A stretch of 64,000 nt of DNA from Candidatus Latescibacterota bacterium (GTDB lineage: Bacteria > Latescibacterota > UBA2968 > UBA8231), in contig OZ242214.1 of assembly GCA_965206595.1 (NCBI GenBank), positions 704,001-768,000 on the forward strand, in the 5' to 3' direction. Of the stretch, positions 18,911 through 29,429 are shown piece after piece. The notes under the pieces are model-generated. The model had not been told where the DNA came from, made no database searches, and worked only from the letters and a program-made list of their open reading frames with translations. The position numbers and the translations under genes were made by a program. How positions within the stretch are numbered: the first letter of the stretch is position 1; every line of letters starts with the position of its first letter.

Positions 18911-19771
18911 CTATGCCGCCCGCACCGCCTCGCCGAGAGCTTTCATCGCCAGCACTGATGCGAGGTGCCGACGGTACTCCTCCCCGGCGAACGAATCGCT
19001 CAGCAGCTCGACCCCCTGGGCCGCATGTGCCGCGGCCGCCGAGATCGCCTCGGAATCGCCGGAGCTGCCGTTCATCGCCTCTTCCACCCCGAGGTCCCTG
19101 AAGGCGGCGTTGGCGATGCCGGTGAAACCGACGCGGACGTCGCTGCAGGTACCGCCGTTCTTCGTTACCGAGGCGGCGCAGCCGCAGACCGCGAACCGCG
19201 AAGCCGGGTGGGGGAACTTGGCATACGAGGATCCGGTGCCTGCCCCCTGCGACGGCACCCGCACGTCGAGGATGATCTCGTCCGGGGCCAAGTTGGTCAT
19301 GTAGAGCTCGACGAAGAAGAAGGAGGCGGCGATCTCGCGTTCTCCCCCGGGTCCCCTGACGCGGATCCGCGCATTGGCGGCCAGCACCGCGGCCGGATAG
19401 TCCGCGGCCGGGTCGGCATGGGCGAGGCTGCCGCCGATGGTGCCCATGTTGCGGACCTGGACGTCGCCGATTGAGGAAGCCGCCTGCGCGAGCAGCGGAG
19501 CTTTCTCGTTGACGATGTCGGAGGACTCGATGTCGTGATGCGTGGCTCCGGCGCCGATGACGACGTCGTCGCCGGCGGTCGAGATCTGCTGCAGCTCGTC
19601 GATCTGGCCGATGTCGATGAGGTGGCCCGGCGCCGAGAGGCGCAGCTTCATCGCCGGCAGCAGGCTGTGGCCTCCGGCCAGAATCCTGGCGTCGGCACCG
19701 TGCTCGTCGAGCAGGGAAAGCGCTTCGTCGACGGTGGCGGGACGATGGTATTCGAATGCTTCCGGTATCAT
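18911..19771 (-). CDS. coxM: Molybdenum hydroxylase FAD subunit (CoxM-like)
   Basis: AGGHSLLP, QVRNMGTIGGS and HADPAAD motifs. Confidence 0.92.
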   Translation of the reverse strand: MIPEAFEYHRPATVDEALSLLDEHGADARILAGGHSLLPAMKLRLSAPGHLIDIGQIDELQQISTAGDDVVIGAGATHHDIESSDIVNEKAPLLAQAASSIGDVQVRNMGTIGGSLAHADPAADYPAAVLAANARIRVRGPGGEREIAASFFFVELYMTNLAPDEIILDVRVPSQGAGTGSSYAKFPHPASRFAVCGCAASVTKNGGTCSDVRVGFTGIANAAFRDLGVEEAMNGSSGDSEAISAAAAHAAQGVELLSDSFAGEEYRRHLASVLAMKALGEAVRAA

Positions 19772-19788
19772 TTCCTGTCTCCTCTATG

Positions 19789-22155
19789 CTAGGCCGCGTC
19801 CTGCATGGCCTTCCACACGGTCTGCGGGGTAAGGGGCATCTGCAGGTCGCGGACGCCGAGATGCCAGAGGGCGTCGATCACCGCGTTGACCACCGCCGGC
19901 GTCGAACCGATGGTGCCGGTCTCTCCCGCTCCCTTGACGCCGAGGGTGTTGTGGGGGCACGGGGTGACGGTGCGGTCGGTCTCGAACCTCGGCACGTCGT
20001 CGGCGCGCGGCATCGCGTAGTCCATGTAGGAGCCGTTGGTGAGCTGGCCGTTGTCGTCGTACACCGCGCCTTCGAGCAGGGCTTGTCCGACGCCGTGGGT
20101 GATGCCGCCGTGGACCTGCCCGTCGACGATCATCGGGTTGACGACGTTGCCGACGTCGTCAACGGCGATGTAGCGCCTCAGCTGCACCATGCCGGTGTAG
20201 GGACAGACCTCGACGACGGCGATGTGGGCGCCGTACGGGAAGGTGAAGTTGGCCGGGTCGTAGAAGCTGGTGAACTCGAGACCGGGCTCGAGCCCCTCGG
20301 GGTAGTTGTGGGGCACGTACGCGGTCAGGGCGACGTCGGCGAAACCGACCGACTGGTCGGTCCCCTTCACCTTCCAGGAGGCGTCGACGTACTCGAGGTC
20401 CTCCTCCGAGGCCTCGAGCAGGTGGGCGGCGATCTTCGCCCCCTTCTCCTTGACCTTCTCCAGGCTCCTGGTGATGGCCATGCCTCCCACCGCCAGGGAA
20501 CGGGACCCGTAGGTGCCCATGCCGAAAGGCACCTGCTCGGTGTCGCCGTGGACGATCTCGACGTCCTCCATGGGGATGCCGAGGCTGTCGGAGACGAGCT
20601 GCGAGAAGGTGGTTTCGTGCCCTTGGCCGTGCGAGTGGCTGCCGGTGTAGACCGACACCTTGCCGGTGGGCTGCACCCGCACCGTGCCGCTCTCGTAGAG
20701 TCCGGCGCGCGCGCCCAGGGCGCCGACGACGGCGGAGGGGGCGATGCCGCAGGCCTCGACGTAGGTCGAGAACCCGATGCCGATCAGGCGCCCTTCGGCG
20801 CGGGCTTCTTCCTGCTCCTTGCGCAGGGCGGCGTAGCCGGCGTTCTCGAGCGCCTTGTCGAGGACGGCTTCGTAGTTGCCGCTGTCGTAGACGAGCGCCA
20901 CCTGGGTCTCGTACCCGGGCTGTTCGACGCCGTCGAAAGCGGGGATGAAGTTCTGGCGGCGCAGCTCCGCCGGGTCCCTGCCGGTCTCGTGCGCCGCCTG
21001 GTCGAGCAGGCGCTCGAGCAGGTAGGTCGCCTCGGGCCGCCCGGCGCCGCGCAGGGCGTCGACGGGAACCGTGTTGGTGAAGGCGGCGGTGACGTCGACG
21101 TGGATCGCCGGCGTCCTGTAGAGCCCCTGCAGCAGGGTGCCGTAGAGGTAGGTCGGAATGCAGGGGGCGAAGGTCGAGAAGTAGGCCCCCATGTTGGCGT
21201 GGGTCTTGACCCGCAGGCCGACGATGTTGCCGTCGCCGTCGAAGCCCATCTCCGCCTTGGTGGCGTGGTCGCGGCCGTGGGCGTCGGTCAGGAAGCTCTC
21301 GCTGCGCTCGGCCGTCCATTTCACCGGCCGCCCGAGGCGCTTCGAGGCCCACATGGCGATCACCTCTTCGGCGTAGTGAAAGATCTTGCTGCCGAATCCG
21401 CCGCCGACATCGGGGGACACCACCCGCACCTTGTGCTCCGGGAGGCTCATCACGAAGGCCGACATCAACAGCCGGATGACGTGAGGGTTCTGGGAGGAGG
21501 TGTAGAGGGTGTAGTGGTCGCGGGCGTCGTCGTAGTCGCCGATGGCGCAGCGCGGCTCGATGGCGTTGGGGATGAGGCGCTGGTTGGCGTATTCGAGGGT
21601 GGTGACGCGGGCGGCGCCGGCGATGGCGGCGTCGGTCGCCTCCTTGTCGCCGAGCTCCCAGTCGAAGGGGACGTTGTTGGGGACGTCCTCGTGCAGCTGC
21701 GGGGCCCCCTCTTCCTGGGCCGCGACGACGTCGACGACCGCGTCGAGAACCTCGTAGTCGACCTTGACGAGCTCGGCCGCGTCCCTGGCCTGCTCGCGGG
21801 TTTCGGCGACGACGACAGCAACCGAGTCTCCGACGTGGCGCACCTTGCCGACCGCCAGCGGCGGATGCGGCGGCTCCTTCATGGTGTCGCCGTTCTTGAA
21901 GTCGACCTGCCAGCCGGCGGGCAGCCCGCCGATGCCGTCGGCGGCCATCTCGTCGCCGTTGAGGACGGCGACGACCCCGTCAGCCGCGGCCGCTTCCGAG
22001 GAGTCGATCCCCTTGATGTTCGCGTGCGCGTGCGGAGACCGCACCACCGCGGCGAAGGTCATGCGCGGAAGGACGATGTCGTCGGTGTAGCGCCCCTTCC
22101 CGGTGAGGAACTTGTAGTCTTCCACGCGCTTTACGGATTGTCCGAGTACGCTCAT
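19789..22155 (-). CDS. coxL: Molybdenum hydroxylase large subunit, form II CoxL-like
   Basis: [26 protein letters not shown] and GAGE motifs. Active-site loop is ALRGAGR. Confidence 0.92.
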   Translation of the reverse strand: MSVLGQSVKRVEDYKFLTGKGRYTDDIVLPRMTFAAVVRSPHAHANIKGIDSSEAAAADGVVAVLNGDEMAADGIGGLPAGWQVDFKNGDTMKEPPHPPLAVGKVRHVGDSVAVVVAETREQARDAAELVKVDYEVLDAVVDVVAAQEEGAPQLHEDVPNNVPFDWELGDKEATDAAIAGAARVTTLEYANQRLIPNAIEPRCAIGDYDDARDHYTLYTSSQNPHVIRLLMSAFVMSLPEHKVRVVSPDVGGGFGSKIFHYAEEVIAMWASKRLGRPVKWTAERSESFLTDAHGRDHATKAEMGFDGDGNIVGLRVKTHANMGAYFSTFAPCIPTYLYGTLLQGLYRTPAIHVDVTAAFTNTVPVDALRGAGRPEATYLLERLLDQAAHETGRDPAELRRQNFIPAFDGVEQPGYETQVALVYDSGNYEAVLDKALENAGYAALRKEQEEARAEGRLIGIGFSTYVEACGIAPSAVVGALGARAGLYESGTVRVQPTGKVSVYTGSHSHGQGHETTFSQLVSDSLGIPMEDVEIVHGDTEQVPFGMGTYGSRSLAVGGMAITRSLEKVKEKGAKIAAHLLEASEEDLEYVDASWKVKGTDQSVGFADVALTAYVPHNYPEGLEPGLEFTSFYDPANFTFPYGAHIAVVEVCPYTGMVQLRRYIAVDDVGNVVNPMIVDGQVHGGITHGVGQALLEGAVYDDNGQLTNGSYMDYAMPRADDVPRFETDRTVTPCPHNTLGVKGAGETGTIGSTPAVVNAVIDALWHLGVRDLQMPLTPQTVWKAMQDAA

Positions 22156-22216
22156 GGCTATCTCCGTGCCGGTTGCACCGGCGAGGTGTTGAAGGTGAAA
22201 GTCATCCGTGTCGAAA

Positions 22217-23329
22217 TCATGAGACGATTATCCGCTCGACTTCTTCAATAGAGTATTGTGGTTTCCGGGCGTGAATCATGGCGTGACAGTTGGGGCAAAC
22301 CGGACGCAAGTCTTCAATCGGGTCCAGTTCATACCCCTCTCCGATTTCCGAAAGCGGAACGAGGTGATGCACGTGAATGAGGCCATCGCCGGCGGGGCCG
22401 TACTTTTCGGCGAAGGCGAACCCGCAGACAAAGCAACGAGCACCATGGCGAGCGATACATTCGGTTCGTGCACGTGAACTTCGCTCGTACCGGTTGATCG
22501 TAACTGGCTGTCGTGCACCCTCGAAGAAAGTGTCCGGGATTTCTTCCGGAAGACTGAATCCGTTTTCGCCCTTTCCTTGCTCGGGGCGTTCCTCGGCCGG
22601 CCTTGACTCTCTTTGGGCCTCTTTCAATTGGCCGCCGGCGTCCCGCTCTTCGGTCTTCTGGCGAGGCCGCCACGTCCAGCCTTCCCACTCTTCCTGATCG
22701 AGGTCGTAGCCGAGATGGTCGGCGTAGCCGTCCAGTATCCCCTCTTCCGCTGCTGTCGGGTGGGTGTCCAGTTCTGCGCGGATGCGCTCTTCCTCGGCGG
22801 CCGGAACGGTAATTGTGTAACTGCCGGCCACATCGCCACTAGGGGTTACGAGGTCGAGGTCGATTGCTGCAAGAAGCCGTGATGTTGCAATCAGCCGTAA
22901 CCACTCCTGATGGAGCTCGTTCGCAACATCATCGGGAATGAGGATTCCGGAGCGTTGCGTTTCCCAGTGCATCGAAGCAAACGGCGGATCATCCAACCGT
23001 GCGCGCGGAATGATCTGATTGGGATCGGTCCCCGGATTCACGATCCAGTCGATCTGGTATTCGATGTATTGAGAGGTCCTGGTTGGATCTCCCCAGTGCT
23101 CTTCTTCCCAGGGCGGAGTGACGACAGTTCCCCAGGCGAAGAGCCCGCGCGGTTCTTTCCCTTGTCGGAGGTGCCAGACGCGGTCCCCTTCCTCGATGCG
23201 TTTGGTGTTCCCACAACTCCAGTCCGTGATAGGCCGCTCGCCGGCATGGAAATCATCGACCAGTTCGGGAAGGTCGGAAGGGCCAAATAAAGCCTTTTCC
23301 GGATTCCACGTGAGAAGATACGTGGCCAT
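22217..23329 (-). CDS. EVE/PUA-like + HNH (McrA-like) endonuclease
   Basis: N-terminal YLLTWNP...WSCG...GDRV. C-terminal CFVCG...IHVHH...[10 protein letters not shown]. Confidence 0.85.
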   Translation of the reverse strand: MATYLLTWNPEKALFGPSDLPELVDDFHAGERPITDWSCGNTKRIEEGDRVWHLRQGKEPRGLFAWGTVVTPPWEEEHWGDPTRTSQYIEYQIDWIVNPGTDPNQIIPRARLDDPPFASMHWETQRSGILIPDDVANELHQEWLRLIATSRLLAAIDLDLVTPSGDVAGSYTITVPAAEEERIRAELDTHPTAAEEGILDGYADHLGYDLDQEEWEGWTWRPRQKTEERDAGGQLKEAQRESRPAEERPEQGKGENGFSLPEEIPDTFFEGARQPVTINRYERSSRARTECIARHGARCFVCGFAFAEKYGPAGDGLIHVHHLVPLSEIGEGYELDPIEDLRPVCPNCHAMIHARKPQYSIEEVERIIVS

Positions 23330-23349
23330 GTGCAAGTTCCGATCCGGCC

Positions 23350-23811
23350 CTAGCTCGCGGCGGCGTGCTGCACCGCGCGGACGATGTTGTCGTACCCCGT
23401 GCAGCGGCAGAAGTTGCCCTCGAGGCCGTGCCGGATCTCCTCGTCGGAGGGGCTCGGGTTGTCCTCGAGGATCTGCCAGGCGGTCATGATCATGCCGGGG
23501 GTGCAGAAGCCGCACTGCAGGCCGTGCTCCTCGTGGAACCCCTGCTGGATCGGGTGCAGCTCGCCATTCGTGGCGAGCCCTTCGATCGTCGTGATCTCCC
23601 TGCCGTCGGCTTGCACGGCGAGCATGGTGCAGGACTTCACGGCCTGGTCGTCGACGACGATGGTGCAGGCGCCGCAGCTGCTCGTGTCGCAGCCGACGTG
23701 TGTTCCGGTGAGCGCGAGGGTCTCGCGCAGGTAGCTGACGAGCAGGGTGCGCGGCTCGACCTCGTGCTGGTGAGTCTGCCCGTTTACGGTTACCTCTATC
23801 GGTACCGCCAT
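23350..23811 (-). CDS. coxS: [2Fe-2S] small subunit (CoxS-like)
   Basis: [18 protein letters not shown] and CRCTGY motifs. Confidence 0.95.
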   Translation of the reverse strand: MAVPIEVTVNGQTHQHEVEPRTLLVSYLRETLALTGTHVGCDTSSCGACTIVVDDQAVKSCTMLAVQADGREITTIEGLATNGELHPIQQGFHEEHGLQCGFCTPGMIMTAWQILEDNPSPSDEEIRHGLEGNFCRCTGYDNIVRAVQHAAAS

Positions 23812-23860
23812 AGGTGAACCTCCTGTCGGCGCTCCGGAGCCAACCGGAGCGGTGTGAGTA

Positions 23861-24295
23861 TCAGGCTATTTCCTTTTCGAGAGCCTGGAAGAACTGCGCC
23901 GTGAACAACCTCGCGACACCGGACATGACGCGCTGTCCAAGGCGCGCGAGAACGCCGGTCATGCGGCCCTTCCCGACGAACGATACGACCGAGGCGTCGC
24001 CTTCCGGCTTGACGTCGAAGGAGCCCTCGGCAGTTACGGTGCCGATCCTTCCTTCGACCTCGACGATCAGGCGGTAGCTCTGCGGGGGCACCTTGTCGGT
24101 GACCTCGATGGTGCCTTTGAAGCCGCTGTTGATCGGGCCGAGCTTGATGTCGAAGACGGCCTCGTATTTTTCCCCTTCAATCGGTATCAGCTTCACCACC
24201 CCGGGGGTGCAGCGGCTCAGCACTTCGGGATCGTTGAGCAGGTTCCAGGCCGATTCGGCGTCGGTTTGGAGCTTGTGGGTGCCTTCGAAATGCAA
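23861..24295 (-). CDS. coxG: CoxG-like SRPBCC protein
   Basis: WxxLNDPEVLxxCTPG and LARLGQR patterns. Located next to coxS. Confidence 0.85.
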   Translation of the reverse strand: MHFEGTHKLQTDAESAWNLLNDPEVLSRCTPGVVKLIPIEGEKYEAVFDIKLGPINSGFKGTIEVTDKVPPQSYRLIVEVEGRIGTVTAEGSFDVKPEGDASVVSFVGKGRMTGVLARLGQRVMSGVARLFTAQFFQALEKEIA

Positions 24296-24469
24296 TTCGT
24301 TTTCTCGCTTGAAATGCCGCCGGGACCGGTCCGCGGCGGCGAGGGGGGGTTACTATATAGCGGCGAGGGGGGCTACTAAATAAAGGTTGTCCGGGGCTGT
24401 CAATCAATGCTGCGGGGCGTATATTCCCAGCCCTTCCGGACATGGCATAAACCAAGGTGGGAACACAGG

Positions 24470-25543
24470 ATGCGGGATATCTGGAACGACCTGGTCGAGT
24501 GGGACGAGAGCGCGAGACCTTTTGCCCTGGCGCGCGTGGTGGAGACCTGGGGATCCTCTCCCCGCGGCGTGGGTTCGGCGATGATCGTCGACGCGGCGAT
24601 GAAGGTGGCCGGCTCGGTCAGCGGGGGGTGCATCGAGGGGGCCGTCATGGAAGAGGCGGAACAGGTCCTGGCCACGGGAATCCCGAAAAAGCTGACCTAC
24701 GGCGTCGACGACGAGACCGCCTGGTCGGTCGGGCTGTCCTGCGGCGGCGAGGTGTCGGTGCTGGTCGAACGGCACCTGCCCCAGGCAGATGGGGAGGGCA
24801 GCGCCGCGGTCTGGAGTAAGCTTCGGGAACGAGTGGAGGGGAACCGGCCCGCGGTCCTGCTGACCCGTCTGGGGCCGGGGGGGTCTCCCCCTCACCTGCT
24901 GGTCACCCCCGAAGAGGAGGCGACCGGGTCATGGGGCGCGGCAACCCAAACAGCGGTGGCGGCCGGGCTCGAGGCGTACTCCGCCCGCGAGAGCGCCGTC
25001 GTCGAAGTGGCGGGCAAGGCGGTCTTCGCCCAGGTGTTTCCGCGGCGCGATCAGCTGCTCGTCATCGGCGCCGGACATATCACGCTCCCCCTGGTTCAGT
25101 ATGCGGCGCTGCTCGATTTCGAGACCGTGGTCATCGACCCGCGCCAGGTATTCGCGACGCCGGAACGGTTTCCCGTGCAGCCGTCTCTGCTGCTGGCGAA
25201 ATGGCCCGGAGATCTGCTGGACGGCTGGGACCTCAACGAGGACTGCTACTGCGCGGTGCTGACCCACGATCCCAGGATCGACGACGAGGCCCTGCACCGT
25301 TTCCTCAAGGCGCCGGTGGCCTACATCGGTGCGCTGGGGGGCCGCAAGTCCCACGCCAAACGCAGGGCGCGATTGCAGGAAGCGGGGTTTTCCGAGGCGG
25401 AGATCGACCGCATCAAGGGGCCGATCGGGCTCGACATCGGCGCCGAGACCCCGGCGGAGATCGCCCTCAGCATCCTCGCCGAGGTCGTGGCCGTTAAGCG
25501 GTCGCGGACCAGGGGCAAACAGGGGCCCGGTCCCGGCCGCTGA
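24470..25543 (+). CDS. xdhC: XdhC/CoxF family molybdoenzyme maturation factor
   Basis: GSSPR, GSVSGGCIE, CGG, YIGALG and GPIGLDIGA motifs. Confidence 0.92.
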   Translation: MRDIWNDLVEWDESARPFALARVVETWGSSPRGVGSAMIVDAAMKVAGSVSGGCIEGAVMEEAEQVLATGIPKKLTYGVDDETAWSVGLSCGGEVSVLVERHLPQADGEGSAAVWSKLRERVEGNRPAVLLTRLGPGGSPPHLLVTPEEEATGSWGAATQTAVAAGLEAYSARESAVVEVAGKAVFAQVFPRRDQLLVIGAGHITLPLVQYAALLDFETVVIDPRQVFATPERFPVQPSLLLAKWPGDLLDGWDLNEDCYCAVLTHDPRIDDEALHRFLKAPVAYIGALGGRKSHAKRRARLQEAGFSEAEIDRIKGPIGLDIGAETPAEIALSILAEVVAVKRSRTRGKQGPGPGR

Positions 25544-25557
25544 AACACCCACTTCTC

Positions 25558-26166
25558 TTGCAGGACAGATACCCAGTTTCAGCCGTGGTCCTGGCGGCCG
25601 GCACCTCGAGCCGCATGGGAGCGGAGAACAAGCTGCTGCTGCCGTGGGGCGACAAACCGGTTCTCGAAGTCGTGGTGAACGCCCTGGTCGGCGCCGCGCT
25701 CCATGAAGTCGTCGTCGTGGTCGGTCACGAGGCCGAAACCGTCGCCGCCGTGCTGGAGCCGTACCCCGTCCGCGTCGTCACGAACCCCGGCTTCGCCGCC
25801 GGCATGTCCGCTTCGCTGCGGGCCGGGATCGGGGCAGTGGACGCCATGGCGAGGGGGTTTCTCGTCGCCCTGGGGGACATGCCCGGAATCAGCACCGGCC
25901 TCGTCGATCTGCTGTGCCGGAGATTCAACGAGGCAGAAAAGTCCGCCATCCTCCTTCCGGTCAACGAAGGGCGCAGGGGCCACCCGGTGATCTTCGCCAG
26001 CGATTACAGACAGGAGCTGCTGGGGTTATCGGGTGACCGGGGCGCTCGCAGCGTAGTCGAGAGACACCCCGAATGTGTGGTGGCAGTGCCGGTCTCCGCC
26101 TCGGGAGTTTTGGCAGACGTCGATACACCTGAGGAGTACCGGAATCTCCGGGAACGCAGCCAGTGA
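25558..26166 (+). CDS. mocA: Molybdenum cofactor cytidylyltransferase
   Basis: VLAAGTSSRMG..KLLL, GDMP, GHPV and DVDTPE motifs. Confidence 0.88.
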   Translation: MQDRYPVSAVVLAAGTSSRMGAENKLLLPWGDKPVLEVVVNALVGAALHEVVVVVGHEAETVAAVLEPYPVRVVTNPGFAAGMSASLRAGIGAVDAMARGFLVALGDMPGISTGLVDLLCRRFNEAEKSAILLPVNEGRRGHPVIFASDYRQELLGLSGDRGARSVVERHPECVVAVPVSASGVLADVDTPEEYRNLRERSQ

Positions 26167-26210
26167 TGCTGGATGCGTTCGCACACGGGGGGTGAACCCA
26201 CTCGCGAATC

Positions 26211-27074
26211 ATGGCCGCTCTGTATCTGATCGACGGAAGCTTCGAGCTGTTCCGCTGCTATTACGGCGCCCCCAGGGCGCAACTCGACTCCGGCGCAGAG
26301 GTCGCTGCCGTACGGGCGCTTTTTCGCACCCTGGCCGCATTGCTGCAGGAGCCGGAACTGACGCACGCGGCAATTGCCTTCGATGATGTCGACATGCTGG
26401 AGGCGCGCGAAGAGAGCGACACGGTTCTCATCCACAGCCAGTACGATGCGGCGCTCGAAACGGCGCGTGCGCTGGGAATTACACTCTGGCAGATGTCGGA
26501 GTACCAGGCGGATGACGCCATAGCGACGGCTGCCCATCGGTTCCGTTCCGATCCCGTTCTCGATGGGATCGTGATTTGCTCCTCCGACAACGATTTCGCG
26601 CAATGCGTTCGCGGTGAAAGGGTGGTCCTGCTGAACCGGATCAAGCGGGAGAGGACCGACGAGGCGGGCGTGATTGCCAGGTTCGGGGTCGGTCCCGAGC
26701 GCATCCCGGAATTCCTGAGCCTGGTGGGCGACCCGTCCGACGGGATACCCGGGATTGCGGGGTTCGGCCGCAAGTCAGCCGCCGCCGCCATCAGCCGGTT
26801 CGGACGCCTGGAGGATTTCCCGGAGGACCCGGCGGAGTGGGAGAGCCTGGAGGTGCGCGGCAGGCAGAAGCTGGCACAGACGTTTACCGCCAGACGCGCC
26901 GAGGCCCTGGACTACCGCGACCAATCGATTAAGAGCATCGACGTGCCGCTGTCCGAGAGTCTCGACGATTTGCGCTGGCGGGGGGCGGACCGCCGCAAAG
27001 TCAACGAGCTGGCCGAGGCGCTCGCGGATCCGGCCCTGAAGGAGCGGCCGCCGATGTTTCGGAAACGGGAATGA
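26211..27074 (+). CDS. 5'-3' exonuclease / flap endonuclease
   Basis: LIDGS, ADD, SDND and GDPSDGIPGIAGFGRKSA (H3TH) motifs. Confidence 0.9.
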   Translation: MAALYLIDGSFELFRCYYGAPRAQLDSGAEVAAVRALFRTLAALLQEPELTHAAIAFDDVDMLEAREESDTVLIHSQYDAALETARALGITLWQMSEYQADDAIATAAHRFRSDPVLDGIVICSSDNDFAQCVRGERVVLLNRIKRERTDEAGVIARFGVGPERIPEFLSLVGDPSDGIPGIAGFGRKSAAAAISRFGRLEDFPEDPAEWESLEVRGRQKLAQTFTARRAEALDYRDQSIKSIDVPLSESLDDLRWRGADRRKVNELAEALADPALKERPPMFRKRE

Positions 27075-27102
27075 GAAGCCGGGACAGGGGCAGGATTCCC
27101 TT

Positions 27103-28149
27103 TCAGACCGCCGGCACCTCGACCCCGAGCTCGGCCGCGGTGGCGACAATCTGCTTCCAGGTCGGCTGCGGGACCTCGATGCCGTCCCGCAGGCGCTTCT
27201 GCCTGACCTCCTCCTCGATCTCCCCGGGGGCGTAGATCCGTTCGATGCCGGGAAGGGGCCGCGCCGAGCAGACCCAGTCCCGCAGCCCTTCCACCTCCTC
27301 CTTGTAGGTGTCGAGGTCGGTGAAGGCCTCGATGTCGATCGCCAGCACCATCACCCCCTGGCCCCCCTTGCCCGGCCCCTTGGTGCAGCCGGCATGGGAG
27401 AGCGGGCCGACCATCATCTCGATCATCATCGCCAGGCCGGCCCCCTTGTGGCCGAACTGCGGCCATCCCAGGGGAGGCACCCCGGTTTCCTCGGGGTGGT
27501 TGTGGTATTGCCGGGGGTCGCTGACGGAGCTGCCGGTCCGGTCGATCACCCAGTTGTCGGGGAGCGGGTCTCCGCGCACGGCCTTCTGCTCGATCTTGCC
27601 GCCGGCCACCGTCGTCATCGTCATGTCGAGCATGAACGGGGCCCCGTTCCGGCGCGGGGCCGCAAACGAGATCGGCTCGGGGCAAAGGCGCCTGTCCGAG
27701 CTGCCGTTGGGAGTCATGAACAGCCCGCCGCCGTTGAGCCAGACCAGCCCGATCATACCCTGCGCGGCGATCCGGGGCGTGTAGTCGCCGAGGCGGCAGA
27801 TGTGCGTGGTTTTGCGCAGGCCGACGAAACCGAAGGTGGTCAGCCGCGCTTTTTCCACGGCGATGTCGAGGGCCCGCGTCGTCGCCACGATGCCGTTGCC
27901 CCCCTTGCAGTCGATGACCGCCAGGCACGGGTTCTCGCGCAGGACCTCGCGCTCCTCCCAGGTCACGTACTTCTCCCGCATCCCCGGGACGTAGCGGGGC
28001 AGGCACCAGACCCCGTGCGAGTCGTGGCCGGCGAGGTTGCTGTCGACGAGGTGCTCGCTGACGATGCCGGCGTCCTCTGCGGGGAGACCGGCGGCGCGGA
28101 AGATCTCGAAGGCGAGCTTGCGGAGGGGCTGGTGCTGGATTACGGGCAT
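27103..28149 (-). CDS. Ldh_2 family (malate/L-lactate/sulfolactate-type) dehydrogenase
   Basis: GHDSHG, HICRLG, LDM, GHKG and PGE motifs. Confidence 0.9.
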   Translation of the reverse strand: MPVIQHQPLRKLAFEIFRAAGLPAEDAGIVSEHLVDSNLAGHDSHGVWCLPRYVPGMREKYVTWEEREVLRENPCLAVIDCKGGNGIVATTRALDIAVEKARLTTFGFVGLRKTTHICRLGDYTPRIAAQGMIGLVWLNGGGLFMTPNGSSDRRLCPEPISFAAPRRNGAPFMLDMTMTTVAGGKIEQKAVRGDPLPDNWVIDRTGSSVSDPRQYHNHPEETGVPPLGWPQFGHKGAGLAMMIEMMVGPLSHAGCTKGPGKGGQGVMVLAIDIEAFTDLDTYKEEVEGLRDWVCSARPLPGIERIYAPGEIEEEVRQKRLRDGIEVPQPTWKQIVATAAELGVEVPAV

Positions 28150-28153
28150 GAGT

Positions 28154-28366
28154 CTACCATTTCATGTTGAGCGCGAAGCGCGGGCGATCGCCGGCGTTGC
28201 AGCTGCCGGCGTGGGCAAGGAGATGATGCAGGAAGAGGGCGTCTCCCCGCGAGATCGTCGGGCTCAGGGGGCTCAGCCCGTGGGTCAGCTCCTCTTTCTC
28301 CTGCTGTCCGTGCCGCGGCGGCATGGGTGCCGGCCGGCACAAATCTGGGCACAGCACGCGGGGCAT
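28154..28366 (-). pseudogene. C-terminal remnant of a PhyH-family dioxygenase
   Basis: GDALFLHHLLAHAGSCNAGDRPRFALNMKW, with no N-terminal HxD region. Confidence 0.65.
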
Positions 28367-28376
28367 CGTCAGGAAC

Positions 28377-29417
28377 TCATCCTTCCGGGTAGCGGACTTC
28401 CCTGCCGGTCCGGGCGCTGCGGTAGATTCCCTCGATGATCTTCATCGCCTTGAGCCCGTGGTCCCCGGTGGCCAGCGGCGGGCGGTTTTCGAGGATGCTG
28501 TCGACGAAATCGCTGTAGGCGGACGGGGTCGGCCCCGTTCTGCGGTCGAGCTTTCGGGTGTAGAGGTCTCCCTCCTCGTCGCTGTAGATCTCGGCCACCC
28601 AGCCTCCGGGGGCGTGGCGGTAGGACAGGCCGCCCTTGTCGCCGCACAGGTTGACGGCAATCGTCTCGGGCGGCTCCAGGTTGACGGCCCAGCTCGACTC
28701 GACGATCAGGGTGGCCCCGCCGGCGAACTTCACCAGACCGCAGGCGAGGTCCTCGACGTCGAACTGCTTCCCCTCCCGGCGCGCCAGGGCAGGGGCGATC
28801 TCGCTGTAGATCGAACCGGAGACCGCCACCGGCTCGGGGTAGTCCAGGAACCACATGGCGAGATCGAGCATGTGGACGCCGAGGTCGACCAGGGGCCCGC
28901 CGCCGGACAGCTCTTCGATACCGAACCAGCCGCCGAAACCGGGAACCCCGCGGCGCCGGTGCCAGGTAGTGCGCCCGAAATAGATGCCGCCGACCGCGCC
29001 GGCTTCCACCTGCCGCTTGAGGGCCATCGCCGACTCGGTGAAGCGGTGGGAGTAATCGATCATCAGGTTGCGCCCCGCCCGGGCGGCGGCGGCGTTCATG
29101 CTTTCCGCCTCGGCCACCGACATCGCCATCGGCTTCTCGCACAGGACGTGCAGCCCCTGCTCGAGGGCGGCTATCGTCAGGGGGGCGTGAAACTTGTTCG
29201 GCACGGCGATACCGACCGCATCGAGCCCGGCATGGCGGAACATCTCGCCGGCGTCGGTGTAGCGCTCGTGCACCCCCAACTCGTCGGCCGCGAGGCGCAG
29301 CCGGTCTTCGTCGAGGTCGCACAGCGCCGCGAGCTCGGCCCCGGGATGAGCCTGGAAGCCGAGGGCGTGGCCCTTGCCCATGCCCATGCCGACGACCCCC
29401 ATTCGCAGCTTCGTCAT
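28377..29417 (-). CDS. Gfo/Idh/MocA family oxidoreductase
   Basis: CEKP and SGGGPLVDLGVH motifs. Confidence 0.92.
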   Translation of the reverse strand: MTKLRMGVVGMGMGKGHALGFQAHPGAELAALCDLDEDRLRLAADELGVHERYTDAGEMFRHAGLDAVGIAVPNKFHAPLTIAALEQGLHVLCEKPMAMSVAEAESMNAAAARAGRNLMIDYSHRFTESAMALKRQVEAGAVGGIYFGRTTWHRRRGVPGFGGWFGIEELSGGGPLVDLGVHMLDLAMWFLDYPEPVAVSGSIYSEIAPALARREGKQFDVEDLACGLVKFAGGATLIVESSWAVNLEPPETIAVNLCGDKGGLSYRHAPGGWVAEIYSDEEGDLYTRKLDRRTGPTPSAYSDFVDSILENRPPLATGDHGLKAMKIIEGIYRSARTGREVRYPEG

Positions 29418-29429
29418 ATGCAGTTTCTT

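Noticed and set aside
19789-22155. Bona fide form I CO dehydrogenase
   Set aside because: Lacks AYxCSFR, and the gene order is S-L-M.
19756-22251. Long antisense ORFs (831 aa here; also 28323-30581, 35347-37284, 43275-45698, 61792-63435 and others)
   Set aside because: Shadow frames opposite well-supported genes in GC-rich DNA, with no motifs of their own.
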